From an uncultured Flavobacteriales bacterium (GTDB taxonomy: Bacteria > Bacteroidota > Bacteroidia > Flavobacteriales_D > CAJJDF01), in NCBI GenBank assembly GCA_905182785.1, contig CAJJDF010000020.1, positions 3,177 through 67,176 on the forward strand: a DNA stretch of 64,000 bases, given 5' to 3'. The position numbers and the translations under genes are program-made. The notes beneath the pieces are model-generated. The model saw nothing but the letters and a program-made list of their open reading frames with translations, did no database searches and was not told the DNA's origin. Below are positions 38,288 to 46,689 of this stretch, piece after piece (positions within the stretch are counted from its first letter, which is position 1; every line of letters begins with the position of its first letter).

Positions 38288-38961
38288 AGTTTTGAATGAA
38301 AACAGGTTGCTAATATCTCGGTCATATCCACAGCCTTTTTTCCTGGGCTCATGATAGTATGGTTAGATTCTAAATTAATCGTAGAAAATAATTTGCTAAA
38401 ATTCAATTCGTATTCTCCATCCTCGGCATAAGGGAGGGTCGCTTTTTGTGCTGTTTGATGAGGAAAAGTAAAACCACCTAAATGAAATTGAAATTTATTT
38501 TTTCGTGTCGGACATTGTGATGAAAAGCCTTCAATTTTTGTATTGATGTAACCGCTTTGCCAAGTCCAATACATTCCGTTTGTAGGATCTAAATCTCCAC
38601 CCAATGCTCCAGCAGAATTTGTAATACTATCAATACCGAGAGTAAAAGAAACGGAATCCCAATTGGATTTTTTCACCTTTTGTGAAAGTATGCGAAGGGA
38701 AGCAGGATTGCTTAAATCGATTAAATGAAACCTCTTCGGAAAGCAATAAGTTTTAGATTTTCCTTTGTGTAATTTAATATTAGAAATATAAAATTTTAAA
38801 GATGAAAAACGAATCGTGTCCTCGTACCTATAATAATCTCGATCAAGCTGAATTATGTTTCTTTGAAAAGTAGGAGTGAAGGTGAGTCCTCTTTTTTTCT
38901 TTGGCACAAAAGAGGCGCAAAGAAATACAGTAAAAATAATAAAGAGAATTGTTTTCATCAT
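38284..38961 (-). CDS. MbnP-like periplasmic partner protein (putative)
   Basis: 225 aa with a signal peptide and a Trp-rich conserved-looking core (GMYWTWQSGYINTKIEG). Its stop overlaps the peroxidase start (ATGA). The family call comes from gene-pair architecture and recollection of Bacteroidota MbnP family annotations, and it is not verified. Confidence 0.45.
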   Translation of the reverse strand: MMKTILFIIFTVFLCASFVPKKKRGLTFTPTFQRNIIQLDRDYYRYEDTIRFSSLKFYISNIKLHKGKSKTYCFPKRFHLIDLSNPASLRILSQKVKKSNWDSVSFTLGIDSITNSAGALGGDLDPTNGMYWTWQSGYINTKIEGFSSQCPTRKNKFQFHLGGFTFPHQTAQKATLPYAEDGEYELNFSKLFSTINLESNHTIMSPGKKAVDMTEILATCFHSKL

Positions 38962-39014
38962 CTATAAATATACAAAGTTAGACGAAACAGCTGGAGGATT
39001 CCTTTTGTTTATTT

Positions 39015-39047
39015 AAAAAAAAAGCTCCGATATTTCGGAGCTTTTTT
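39015..39047 (-). terminator. Rho-independent terminator after the thioredoxin-fold gene
   Basis: A-run, stem AGCTCCGA / TCGGAGCT, T-run. It separates the thioredoxin-fold gene transcriptionally from the MbnP-like operon. Confidence 0.6.
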
Positions 39048-39066
39048 AATATTGATTAAGAAATTA

Positions 39067-39807
39067 TTATTTCTTCACTCTTTTAATAGAACACCCTTTA
39101 TTTTTTGAAGTTGGAGTTGCAATTGCTTCTCCTTTGCTTAAGCTAGTCATTGCATCTGCCAACCAGTTTTCTTTTACGTCAGCTTTGCTATCTACATTAT
39201 CATCAATCGCTCCAGTGTAAACTAGTTTGTTTTCTGAATTGAATAAATAAACATGAGGAGTTGTTTTTGCATTAAATGCATCAGCAACAACATGATTTTC
39301 ATCCATCAAATATTTGATGTTATCATATTTGTTGTCAGTAGCATGTTCAACCATAGCTTCAAAAGAGTCTTCATCAGCTCTTTTCCCTTCGTTTGAGTTT
39401 ACCAAAGCAAATCCAATTTCCAATTCTCCTGCCATTTTATTGATGTCATTGTATCTGTTTTCCCATCCTTCAGTATCTTCTCCTCTTCCTACTACGAAAG
39501 GACAAGTGTTACAAGAAAAAATGATTAATGATCCATTCTTTTTTCCTAATTCTTCAATGTACATTTCAGTTCCAGAGATATCTTTTAGTTTAGTTTCTAA
39601 AGAAGGGTTTTCTGAGCCAATTGTCATCTTTCCTTGTTCCTGAGCACAACATTTTTTCTTACAATCTTTTTCACAATCTTGGCTGTCTTTGTTTCCATGA
39701 GAACAAGCTTCTTTTTTGCAGTCTTTCTCACATTTTTCTCCTGTTGCTTCAGTTCCACAAGAGAACATTAATAATGCTGCTGATACTATTAAAATTAATT
39801 TTTTCAT
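39067..39807 (-). CDS. Thioredoxin-fold (peroxiredoxin-like) lipoprotein with N-terminal Cys-cluster region
   Basis: Lipobox LMFSC, then 9 Cys in about 40 aa, including duplicated CEKDCKK. A thioredoxin-fold domain follows with CNTCP and a C-terminal GCSIK motif. Confidence 0.65.
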   Translation of the reverse strand: MKKLILIVSAALLMFSCGTEATGEKCEKDCKKEACSHGNKDSQDCEKDCKKKCCAQEQGKMTIGSENPSLETKLKDISGTEMYIEELGKKNGSLIIFSCNTCPFVVGRGEDTEGWENRYNDINKMAGELEIGFALVNSNEGKRADEDSFEAMVEHATDNKYDNIKYLMDENHVVADAFNAKTTPHVYLFNSENKLVYTGAIDDNVDSKADVKENWLADAMTSLSKGEAIATPTSKNKGCSIKRVKK

Positions 39808-39936
39808 TGTTATTTTTATCTAGTTTTTATTTTTTATAAAAGTTTGGGTTTATTAAAAAAAGAAAGTTTTAATAAAGAGATTAATTATAACCTTGTTCTT
39901 TTTCTAACTCAGAAAAGAAATCAAAAAAAATCAGAG

Positions 39937-41613
39937 TTAAAATTTAATAATGTAATATACCCCAGCATTAACTGGTCTCGTTTCTAAACCTCCTTCGTTC
40001 TGAGTTCCTGAAGTATTACCTCCGTCACCATTTCTTCTTAGTGATGTGTTACCAAAACCACCTCCACTAGTAATTAAATGGCCATGAGATTTAATTTCAT
40101 CAGATTGATAACTTCCTACATTGTCTCCAGTATTTCCCCCAGTATGTAATGCAGTTCTGCCAGATGCATCTGGGTCGTTATCTGCTCCAGCATCTACACC
40201 TCTTGCAAATCTTCCTCTCATATCAGGTAAATTAAATGTAGTAGAATTATCTCCTTGTCCCCAGCTTGTTCCTAATGCTGTGAATAAAGTTGAATAAGTA
40301 CTTCTTGAAATTGCTGATCCATCACACAAAATCCAACCTGTAGGAATCGAGTTTCCAGCATAAAGCATTATAGTTCCTACAGGAACTCCTGTGTTCCCAG
40401 AAGAGGATGGAACAACTACAAAATTTGATGAGCTTAAGTAAAGTGTGTCGTTACTATAATTTAAAACTTGAATCTCATTAGTAGAATCATTATCTGAATC
40501 AATTACCGAATCTTTAGCATAGTCTCCTAAGTAAACACTTCCGCCATTAGATAAATATAAAGTATCATTAGAAATTGAAATAGCTTGAACTCCTTCTGGT
40601 CCTTCTGGTCCAGTTACTCCAGTGTCTCCTTTAAGTCCTTGTATCCCAGTTGTTCCTTGTGCACCTGTCATTCCCTGAATTCCTTGTAACCCTTGCGGTC
40701 CCATTGCTCCTGCAAGTCCTGTGTCTCCTTTCGCACCTTGTATTCCTTGTGGTCCAGTCATTCCAGTAGCACCTTGCGCCCCCGTCATTCCTTGAATTCC
40801 GATTGGTCCAGTAACTCCAGTATCACCTTTCTCACCAGTTAATCCTTGTAAACCTTGTGGTCCAGTCATCCCAGTTGTTCCTTGTGCACCTGTCATTCCC
40901 TGAATTCCTTGTAACCCTTGCGGTCCTATTGCTCCTGCAAGTCCTGTGTCCCCTTTCGCACCTTGTAAACCTTGCGGTCCAGTCATTCCAGTTGTTCCTT
41001 GAGCACCAGTCATACCAATAGGCCCTTGTGTACCTGCTATTCCTTGTGCTCCAGTATCTCCTTTTGGTCCTTGAGGTCCTGTTCCTGGAGTTGGTAAAAC
41101 CACAAATCCAGAATTTGAAAGAAATAAAGTATCATTAGAATACGACAATACTTGTAATTCATTGGTAGCATCTGAATCTGCATCATTTACTTTATCAAAC
41201 TTTACACTGTCTGCTTTTGATGCATAAAGCGCATAAGGAACACTTAATAATTCGCTTACACCTGAAATAGTATAAGTTGTTCCGCCAGTAGGATCTGTTT
41301 CTGTTTTGATAAAATATGGGCCATTTGCCCAATTTATATAAGAGAAAGTTCCTGTTCCTGCTGTTCCTGTTCCGATTTCTAATGAAACTAATCCATTTGC
41401 ATTAGTAGAGGTAGAGTGAGTTTCGGAGTAAACTGCTGAACTAGTAGCAGAACCTTGTAAAATACTTATTTTCATTCCTACGGTTGAAGAAGTAACTAGA
41501 CCATTGCTTGCATTTCTTAATACTGCTTGATAACTAATTTTATTAGGTGCCTGGCCAAATAATAATGTAGTAATACAAATTATTAGATAGATTGTGATTA
41601 ATAATTTTTTCAT
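39937..41613 (-). CDS. Collagen-like triple-helix repeat protein with C-terminal phage tail-collar (MdpB-like) domain
   Basis: 558 aa with a Sec signal and an N-terminal beta-rich domain ending SVPYALYA. It has about 54 uninterrupted Gly-X-Y triplets. The tail-collar motifs are [37 protein letters not shown] ... [13 protein letters not shown]. No T9SS sorting domain is present. Confidence 0.75.
   Translation of the reverse strand: MKKLLITIYLIICITTLLFGQAPNKISYQAVLRNASNGLVTSSTVGMKISILQGSATSSAVYSETHSTSTNANGLVSLEIGTGTAGTGTFSYINWANGPYFIKTETDPTGGTTYTISGVSELLSVPYALYASKADSVKFDKVNDADSDATNELQVLSYSNDTLFLSNSGFVVLPTPGTGPQGPKGDTGAQGIAGTQGPIGMTGAQGTTGMTGPQGLQGAKGDTGLAGAIGPQGLQGIQGMTGAQGTTGMTGPQGLQGLTGEKGDTGVTGPIGIQGMTGAQGATGMTGPQGIQGAKGDTGLAGAMGPQGLQGIQGMTGAQGTTGIQGLKGDTGVTGPEGPEGVQAISISNDTLYLSNGGSVYLGDYAKDSVIDSDNDSTNEIQVLNYSNDTLYLSSSNFVVVPSSSGNTGVPVGTIMLYAGNSIPTGWILCDGSAISRSTYSTLFTALGTSWGQGDNSTTFNLPDMRGRFARGVDAGADNDPDASGRTALHTGGNTGDNVGSYQSDEIKSHGHLITSGGGFGNTSLRRNGDGGNTSGTQNEGGLETRPVNAGVYYIIKF
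40591..41085 (-). repeat. Gly-X-Y coding repeat region with four ~110-bp near-duplicate modules
   Basis: The protein modules beginning GMTGAQG(T/A)TG recur four times. The underlying DNA blocks are near-identical. Confidence 0.8.
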
Positions 41614-41768
41614 TCTTATTTTTTTATAAGTTTAAATGATTATTTTTTATTGTTTTTCGAGTTGTAAACTTGCATGATGTAGGTTGCTGAAAAGAAATTA
41701 TTTATATCGATTTTCGTGAGTTGATTTTCTATTTTCTCCTTTTTTTTCTAAATCTACTTCAAAACAAT

Positions 41769-42089
41769 CTAATCTTCAGTTTTCCAGTTTTTAGTATTTT
41801 TTTTGTGATAAACAAAACTTAGTTTGTTTGCTATGTCGTGATTCTTGTCACGGTTTCCACTTGCTTCTTTTATTTTTGTTTCTTGTTCCATTAAGAAGTT
41901 TCCAACCTCCAAAGTGTGTTTTCCTTTTTCAAATATAACGATTACTGTAGTAACATACCAATCGTATTCAATCGGTTCCATTTCATCCGCCACTTCTATC
42001 ACGTTCCAGCTTGTTTGAAGAATGTGAGTCATCATCTCTCTCATGCCTTCATTTTGTACGTCTGTGTGTTCTTCTTCTCTTTCTTCCAT
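41769..42089 (-). CDS. Hypothetical acidic protein, translationally coupled to lysS
   Basis: 106-aa ORF whose ATG directly abuts the lysS TAG (..GAAAACTAGATGGAA..). No family recognised. Confidence 0.5.
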   Translation of the reverse strand: MEEREEEHTDVQNEGMREMMTHILQTSWNVIEVADEMEPIEYDWYVTTVIVIFEKGKHTLEVGNFLMEQETKIKEASGNRDKNHDIANKLSFVYHKKNTKNWKTED

Positions 42090-43799
42090 CTAGTTTTCTG
42101 TGTAATCTACGGTTAAGGTATCGTTTGTTTTGGTAACTTTTACCAATCCCATTTTTCCTAATGCTTTTATCCCTTTATCCCATTGTTTGTTACTTAGTTG
42201 TGTTGCTTCTTTTAGTGCAACAAGCTCCATAGATTTTTGTGCTTTTATCAAGTCAAAAATTACTTTTTCACCTTCGTTTAGTTCAATTTTCTTTTGAACT
42301 ACCTCTGGTCTCATTTGAGGGAAAAACAATACTTCTTGGATGGATGAATTGTTCGTTAAGAACATAATTAGTCTATCCATTCCTATTCCCATCCCTGAGG
42401 TTGGAGGCATTCCATATTCCAAGGCTCTTAAGAAGTCATTGTCAATAAATTCTCCCGCTTCGTCATCCCCTCTTTGAGCAAGTTTTAGTTGTTCTTCAAA
42501 TCTTTCTCTTTGGTCTATTGGGTCGTTTAGCTCACTGTATGCGTTTGCTATTTCTTTTCCACACACCATTAATTCAAATCTCTCTGTCAATTCTGGGTCT
42601 TCTCTGTGCACTTTACAAAGAGGAGACATTTCTTTCGGATAATCTGTAATGTAAGTTGGTTGAATGTAGTTCCCTTCACATTTTTCTCCAAAAATTTCAT
42701 CAATCAATTTCCCTTTTCCCATGGTATCGTCCACAGCAATTCCCATTCCTTTTGCAGCTTCTCTCAACTCATCTTCTGATTTTCCTTTGATATTAAATCC
42801 AGTAAAATCAATAATTGATTGAGTCATTGTCACTCTTTTGTAGGGAGCCTTGAAATTAATCGTATGTTCTCCAAAAATAGCTTCTGATGTTCCGTTTACT
42901 TCAATAGCAACATGTTCAAGCAATTTTTCTGTAAAGTCCATCATCCAGTTGTAGTCTTTGTAGGCCACATATATTTCCATGGCAGTAAACTCTGGATTGT
43001 GAGTTCTGTCCATTCCTTCATTTCTAAAGTTTTTAGAAAACTCATACACTCCATCAAATCCACCAACGATTAATCTTTTTAAGTATAATTCGTTTGCAAT
43101 TCTCATGTACAAAGGAATATCCAAACTATTGTGATGTGTAGCAAATGGACGAGCTGCAGCACCTCCAGCAATTGGTTGTAAAATTGGTGTTTCTACTTCA
43201 AAATATCCAGCTTCGTTAAAGAAATTACGCATTGCATTGAACATTTTTGTTCTTTTTACAAATACTTCTTTCACTCTAGGGTTTACAACCAAATCCACAT
43301 ACCTCTGTCTGTATCTTAATTCTGGATTTACAAATGCATCATGTACTTTTCCTTCGCTATCCGTTTTAGGAAGTGGTAAAGGTTTTAATGATTTACTTAG
43401 TAAAGTGAATTTTTCTACGTGAATAGATTTTTCACCTACTTTGGTTGTGAAAAGAATTCCTTCAATTCCTATAAAATCACCAATATCTAGTAATTTTTTG
43501 TAGACTAAATTGTATAGACTTTTGTTTTCGTCAGGACATAAAATATCTCTATTGAAATAAGCTTGAATTCTTCCTTCCGAATCTTGGATAGAAGAAAAAG
43601 AAGCTTTTCCCATGATGTTTTTACTCATCAATCTTCCTGCAATAATTACTTTTTTTCCTTCTTCGTAATTTTCTCTCACTTCCTTAGAAAGTGTATCCAC
43701 AGGGAATAATGCTGCTGGAAAAGGCTCGATGCCTTCGTCTTTTAGTTTTTGTAGAGAATCTCTTCTTACTAGCTCTTGTTCAGATAGTTCTAAGCTCAT
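42090..43799 (-). CDS. lysS: Lysine--tRNA ligase (class II)
   Basis: OB anticodon-binding domain plus a class IIb catalytic core. I prefer the ATG at 43799 (MSLELSEQELVRR) to the upstream in-frame extension. There is a ~70-aa C-terminal extension. Confidence 0.95.
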   Translation of the reverse strand: MSLELSEQELVRRDSLQKLKDEGIEPFPAALFPVDTLSKEVRENYEEGKKVIIAGRLMSKNIMGKASFSSIQDSEGRIQAYFNRDILCPDENKSLYNLVYKKLLDIGDFIGIEGILFTTKVGEKSIHVEKFTLLSKSLKPLPLPKTDSEGKVHDAFVNPELRYRQRYVDLVVNPRVKEVFVKRTKMFNAMRNFFNEAGYFEVETPILQPIAGGAAARPFATHHNSLDIPLYMRIANELYLKRLIVGGFDGVYEFSKNFRNEGMDRTHNPEFTAMEIYVAYKDYNWMMDFTEKLLEHVAIEVNGTSEAIFGEHTINFKAPYKRVTMTQSIIDFTGFNIKGKSEDELREAAKGMGIAVDDTMGKGKLIDEIFGEKCEGNYIQPTYITDYPKEMSPLCKVHREDPELTERFELMVCGKEIANAYSELNDPIDQRERFEEQLKLAQRGDDEAGEFIDNDFLRALEYGMPPTSGMGIGMDRLIMFLTNNSSIQEVLFFPQMRPEVVQKKIELNEGEKVIFDLIKAQKSMELVALKEATQLSNKQWDKGIKALGKMGLVKVTKTNDTLTVDYTEN

Positions 43800-44026
43800 T
43801 TTTGTTCTTGATTTGGCTTTGTTTGTAATAGGTTGTAAATATACGGAATTACTAGTAAGATTGGATAAAATATAATACAATATTCGAGATTAAGATTTTG
43901 ATAATTTATTTTAGATGATATTAAGTTCCTTCTGTTACTAAGTGACTTTTGTAAATGATTGTAAGTGTTTTTCTTTTGTATCTTTACGACATTATTTAAT
44001 GCCATTTATTAATTAGCCAGATAAAA

Positions 44027-44530
44027 ATGAAAGTATCTTTAATTGTTGCAAAAGCTGAAAACGAAGCCATAGGAAAAGACAATGACTTAATATGGCATTT
44101 GAGAGATGATTTGCGTTATTTTTCTCAAACGACAAAAGGACATTATGTGATTATGGGAAGAATGAATTATGATTCTATTCCAGATAAATATAGACCTTTG
44201 CCTCACAGGACAAATGTTGTTGTTACAAGAAATAAAGATTTTGTTGCTAAAGACTGTGTGGTTGTAAACTCTATTGAGGAAGGTTTAATAATTGCCAAAC
44301 AAAATGGAGACGAAGAAGCTTTTGTTATTGGAGGAGGTCAAATCTATGGTAAATCCTTAACTGAAGATTTGATTGATAAACTCTACATTACTTACGTGCA
44401 TGAGAGTTTTGAAGCAGATGTATTTTTTCCAGACTATGATAAATCAAAATGGAATAAAACAAGTGAGATTTTTCATCCTAAAGATGAAAAACATGAGTTT
44501 TCTTTTTCATATGTAACCTATGAAAAATAA
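44027..44530 (+). CDS. folA: Dihydrofolate reductase
   Basis: 167 aa with DHFR motifs (IVAKAENEAIGKDNDLIW, VIMGRMNYDSIP, FVIGGGQIY). Confidence 0.9.
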   Translation: MKVSLIVAKAENEAIGKDNDLIWHLRDDLRYFSQTTKGHYVIMGRMNYDSIPDKYRPLPHRTNVVVTRNKDFVAKDCVVVNSIEEGLIIAKQNGDEEAFVIGGGQIYGKSLTEDLIDKLYITYVHESFEADVFFPDYDKSKWNKTSEIFHPKDEKHEFSFSYVTYEK

Positions 44531-44533
44531 ATA

Positions 44534-45556
44534 ATGAGAATTATAATTATTCTTTTTTGTGTACTGTTTTCATTTTCTTCTTTTTCTCAAAAAGACAGGA
44601 AGAACTACGACACAAATTATTTGAAAGAATTTTCGCATAATTTTTATCCTTATACATTTACTAATATTAAAAACCACAATATATATTTAAGTAATCTAGA
44701 AAATGAAAGTGCTTGGGTAAACTATTCTCCCAACTCACCTTTGTATTTGGGTTTTGGATTTGATTATAAGTGGGCAACTTTTAGTTATGCTTTTCCTATA
44801 CAAAGCAAAGCAGATAAAAAAGGAAGTAACTTCAATGTTTTTTACGGAATGAGTAGAAGGAAATTTAGATTTTCCTTAATGTATCAACAATATCAAGGCT
44901 TTTTTAAGGATGACCCAAATATTCCTGGCGATTGGTTTGATCATAATAAAACGCTCCCTTTTAGAGCTGACATTAAAGATTATATATTACAAGGAACATT
45001 TTTCTATATTTTTAATAATAGAAAAGTTTCTTACCGTTCTTCTTTTTTGTATTTAGAAAAGCAGCTAAAAAGTGCAGGTTCATTTACGGCAGGAACAAAT
45101 TTTAATATCTCTGGAATTACTTCTGACTCTTCTTTGATTCCTCCAAAATTAGATACTTCTTTTGGTGAAGAAATAAAAAAACAAAAGGTTCTAGATGTTA
45201 ATATTGGTATTAAAGTAGGTTACATCTATACTTGGGTTTTTCATAAAAACTGGCATGTTTCGGCTCATTTTTCACCTACTTTATATTTTAATAAAGATAG
45301 GTTGCTAGAAAAAGGAGCAAGTGGTATAAATGTTTCAAATTTAGAGAAATCAATATTTTTTGGAACAGATTTTAGGTTGGTTTTAGGGTATGATAATGAC
45401 ACTTATTTTGGTGGTTTGTTGTTTTTGAATTCAAACACTAAGCAAGATTTTACAAAGAGTTCTTTTAGTACAGATTATTCTGTAATTGAACTTTATTTTG
45501 GAAAAAGGATGAATTTACATTTTAGAAAACCTGAAAAAAGAAAAGTATTTGATTAA
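44534..45556 (+). CDS. Hypothetical outer-membrane beta-barrel-like protein
   Basis: 340 aa with a signal peptide (ILFCVLFSFSSFSQ) and aromatic-rich alternating strands. It starts 3 nt after folA and ends 1 nt before pnuC. Family not verified. Confidence 0.5.
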   Translation: MRIIIILFCVLFSFSSFSQKDRKNYDTNYLKEFSHNFYPYTFTNIKNHNIYLSNLENESAWVNYSPNSPLYLGFGFDYKWATFSYAFPIQSKADKKGSNFNVFYGMSRRKFRFSLMYQQYQGFFKDDPNIPGDWFDHNKTLPFRADIKDYILQGTFFYIFNNRKVSYRSSFLYLEKQLKSAGSFTAGTNFNISGITSDSSLIPPKLDTSFGEEIKKQKVLDVNIGIKVGYIYTWVFHKNWHVSAHFSPTLYFNKDRLLEKGASGINVSNLEKSIFFGTDFRLVLGYDNDTYFGGLLFLNSNTKQDFTKSSFSTDYSVIELYFGKRMNLHFRKPEKRKVFD

Positions 45557-45557
45557 T

Positions 45558-46118
45558 ATGAGACTAATAATTAACAAAAGAAATAAGTTTTTATTTTTAG
45601 AGATTCTAGCGGTCTTATTCGGACTTTTATACACGGTTCTTTATATAAAAGAGATGAAGATTTGTTTTTTATTTGCTGTTTTGGGAGCATGTATTTACAC
45701 TTTTCTTTGTTATAAAAAACAAATCTTTGCAGAAGCATTTTTGCAGTTTTTCTATATCCCAATGGCAGTTTATGGTTGGTACAATTGGGGTGAATTTGGA
45801 GAAGGAGTTTATTCGGTTACTCAACATTTAATTATATTGTCCATTTCTATTTTTTCTATGATTTTTTTGTCTTTTTATTTGAAGAAAAATACACAATCAA
45901 AATCCCCTTTTTTAGATTCATTTACCACCATTTTTAGTTTGTCTGGAACTTGGCTAATGGTTAATTTTATTAACGAAATGTGGCTTTATTTAATTGCAAT
46001 AAATGCAGTATCTATGTTTTTGTATTATTCGAGAGGAATGAAATTAAGTGTTTTGTTGTATGCGTTTTACACTTACATTTCGTTAGCTATGTGGTTTGGA
46101 TGGAAGGTTTTTTTTTAA
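45558..46118 (+). CDS. pnuC: PnuC family nicotinamide riboside-type transporter
   Basis: About 7 TM helices and the PnuC-like FFYIPMAVYGWYNW motif. I prefer the ATG at 45558 to the TTG at 45549. Confidence 0.7.
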   Translation: MRLIINKRNKFLFLEILAVLFGLLYTVLYIKEMKICFLFAVLGACIYTFLCYKKQIFAEAFLQFFYIPMAVYGWYNWGEFGEGVYSVTQHLIILSISIFSMIFLSFYLKKNTQSKSPFLDSFTTIFSLSGTWLMVNFINEMWLYLIAINAVSMFLYYSRGMKLSVLLYAFYTYISLAMWFGWKVFF

Positions 46119-46137
46119 ACTGAAATCGGTTTAAAAA

Positions 46138-46590
46138 TCACTCTTTATTTTTTGAATCTAACCAAATTGTAACAGGCCCATCATTCACTAAAGCAACTTT
46201 CATATCAGCTCCAAAAACTCCTGTTTTAGCCTCTTTTTCAATCGTATTATTCAAGTTTTTTAGGAATGATTGATAAAGAGGAATCGCAATGTCTGGCTTT
46301 GCAGAATTGATAAAGGAAGGGCGATTTCCCTTTTTGGTAGATGCAAATAAAGTAAATTGGCTAACCACTAAAATTTCACTATTTTTATCTCTAACAGAAA
46401 GGTTCATTTTTCCATCTTGGTCACTAAAAACACGTAATTGTGTAATTTTTTTAACTAACCAATTGATGTCGTCTTGAGAATCCAATTCTTCAATTCCCAA
46501 AAAGACCAATAAACCTTCATTTATATCCGAGTGGATGCATTTATCAATAGTTACACTAGCAGTTGTGACTCTTTGGATTAATGCTCTCAT
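46138..46590 (-). CDS. dtd: D-aminoacyl-tRNA deacylase
   Basis: 150 aa with MRALIQRV, SQFTL and NDGPVT motifs. Confidence 0.9.
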   Translation of the reverse strand: MRALIQRVTTASVTIDKCIHSDINEGLLVFLGIEELDSQDDINWLVKKITQLRVFSDQDGKMNLSVRDKNSEILVVSQFTLFASTKKGNRPSFINSAKPDIAIPLYQSFLKNLNNTIEKEAKTGVFGADMKVALVNDGPVTIWLDSKNKE

Positions 46591-46689
46591 TTTAGTGGTT
46601 TTTATTTTTCTAAAACATACCTCATCTCTATTTGGAGCTTGGGAATTTGTTTTTGGAATTTTAATAATTGTTCAGGTTATGCTGAACAA

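Noticed and set aside
39937-41613. Reading the tail-collar gene as evidence of a prophage or tailocin island.
   Set aside because: No integrase, terminase, capsid, sheath, baseplate or att-like repeats occur in the flanks. The neighbours are a thioredoxin-fold gene and lysS. It is reported as an orphan domesticated fibre-like gene.
41614-41768. Possible invertible promoter upstream of the collagen-like gene, with ATTGTTTT and AAACAATC flanking ~100 bp.
   Set aside because: The arms match at only 6-7 bp in very AT-rich sequence and are expected by chance. No recombinase gene is nearby.
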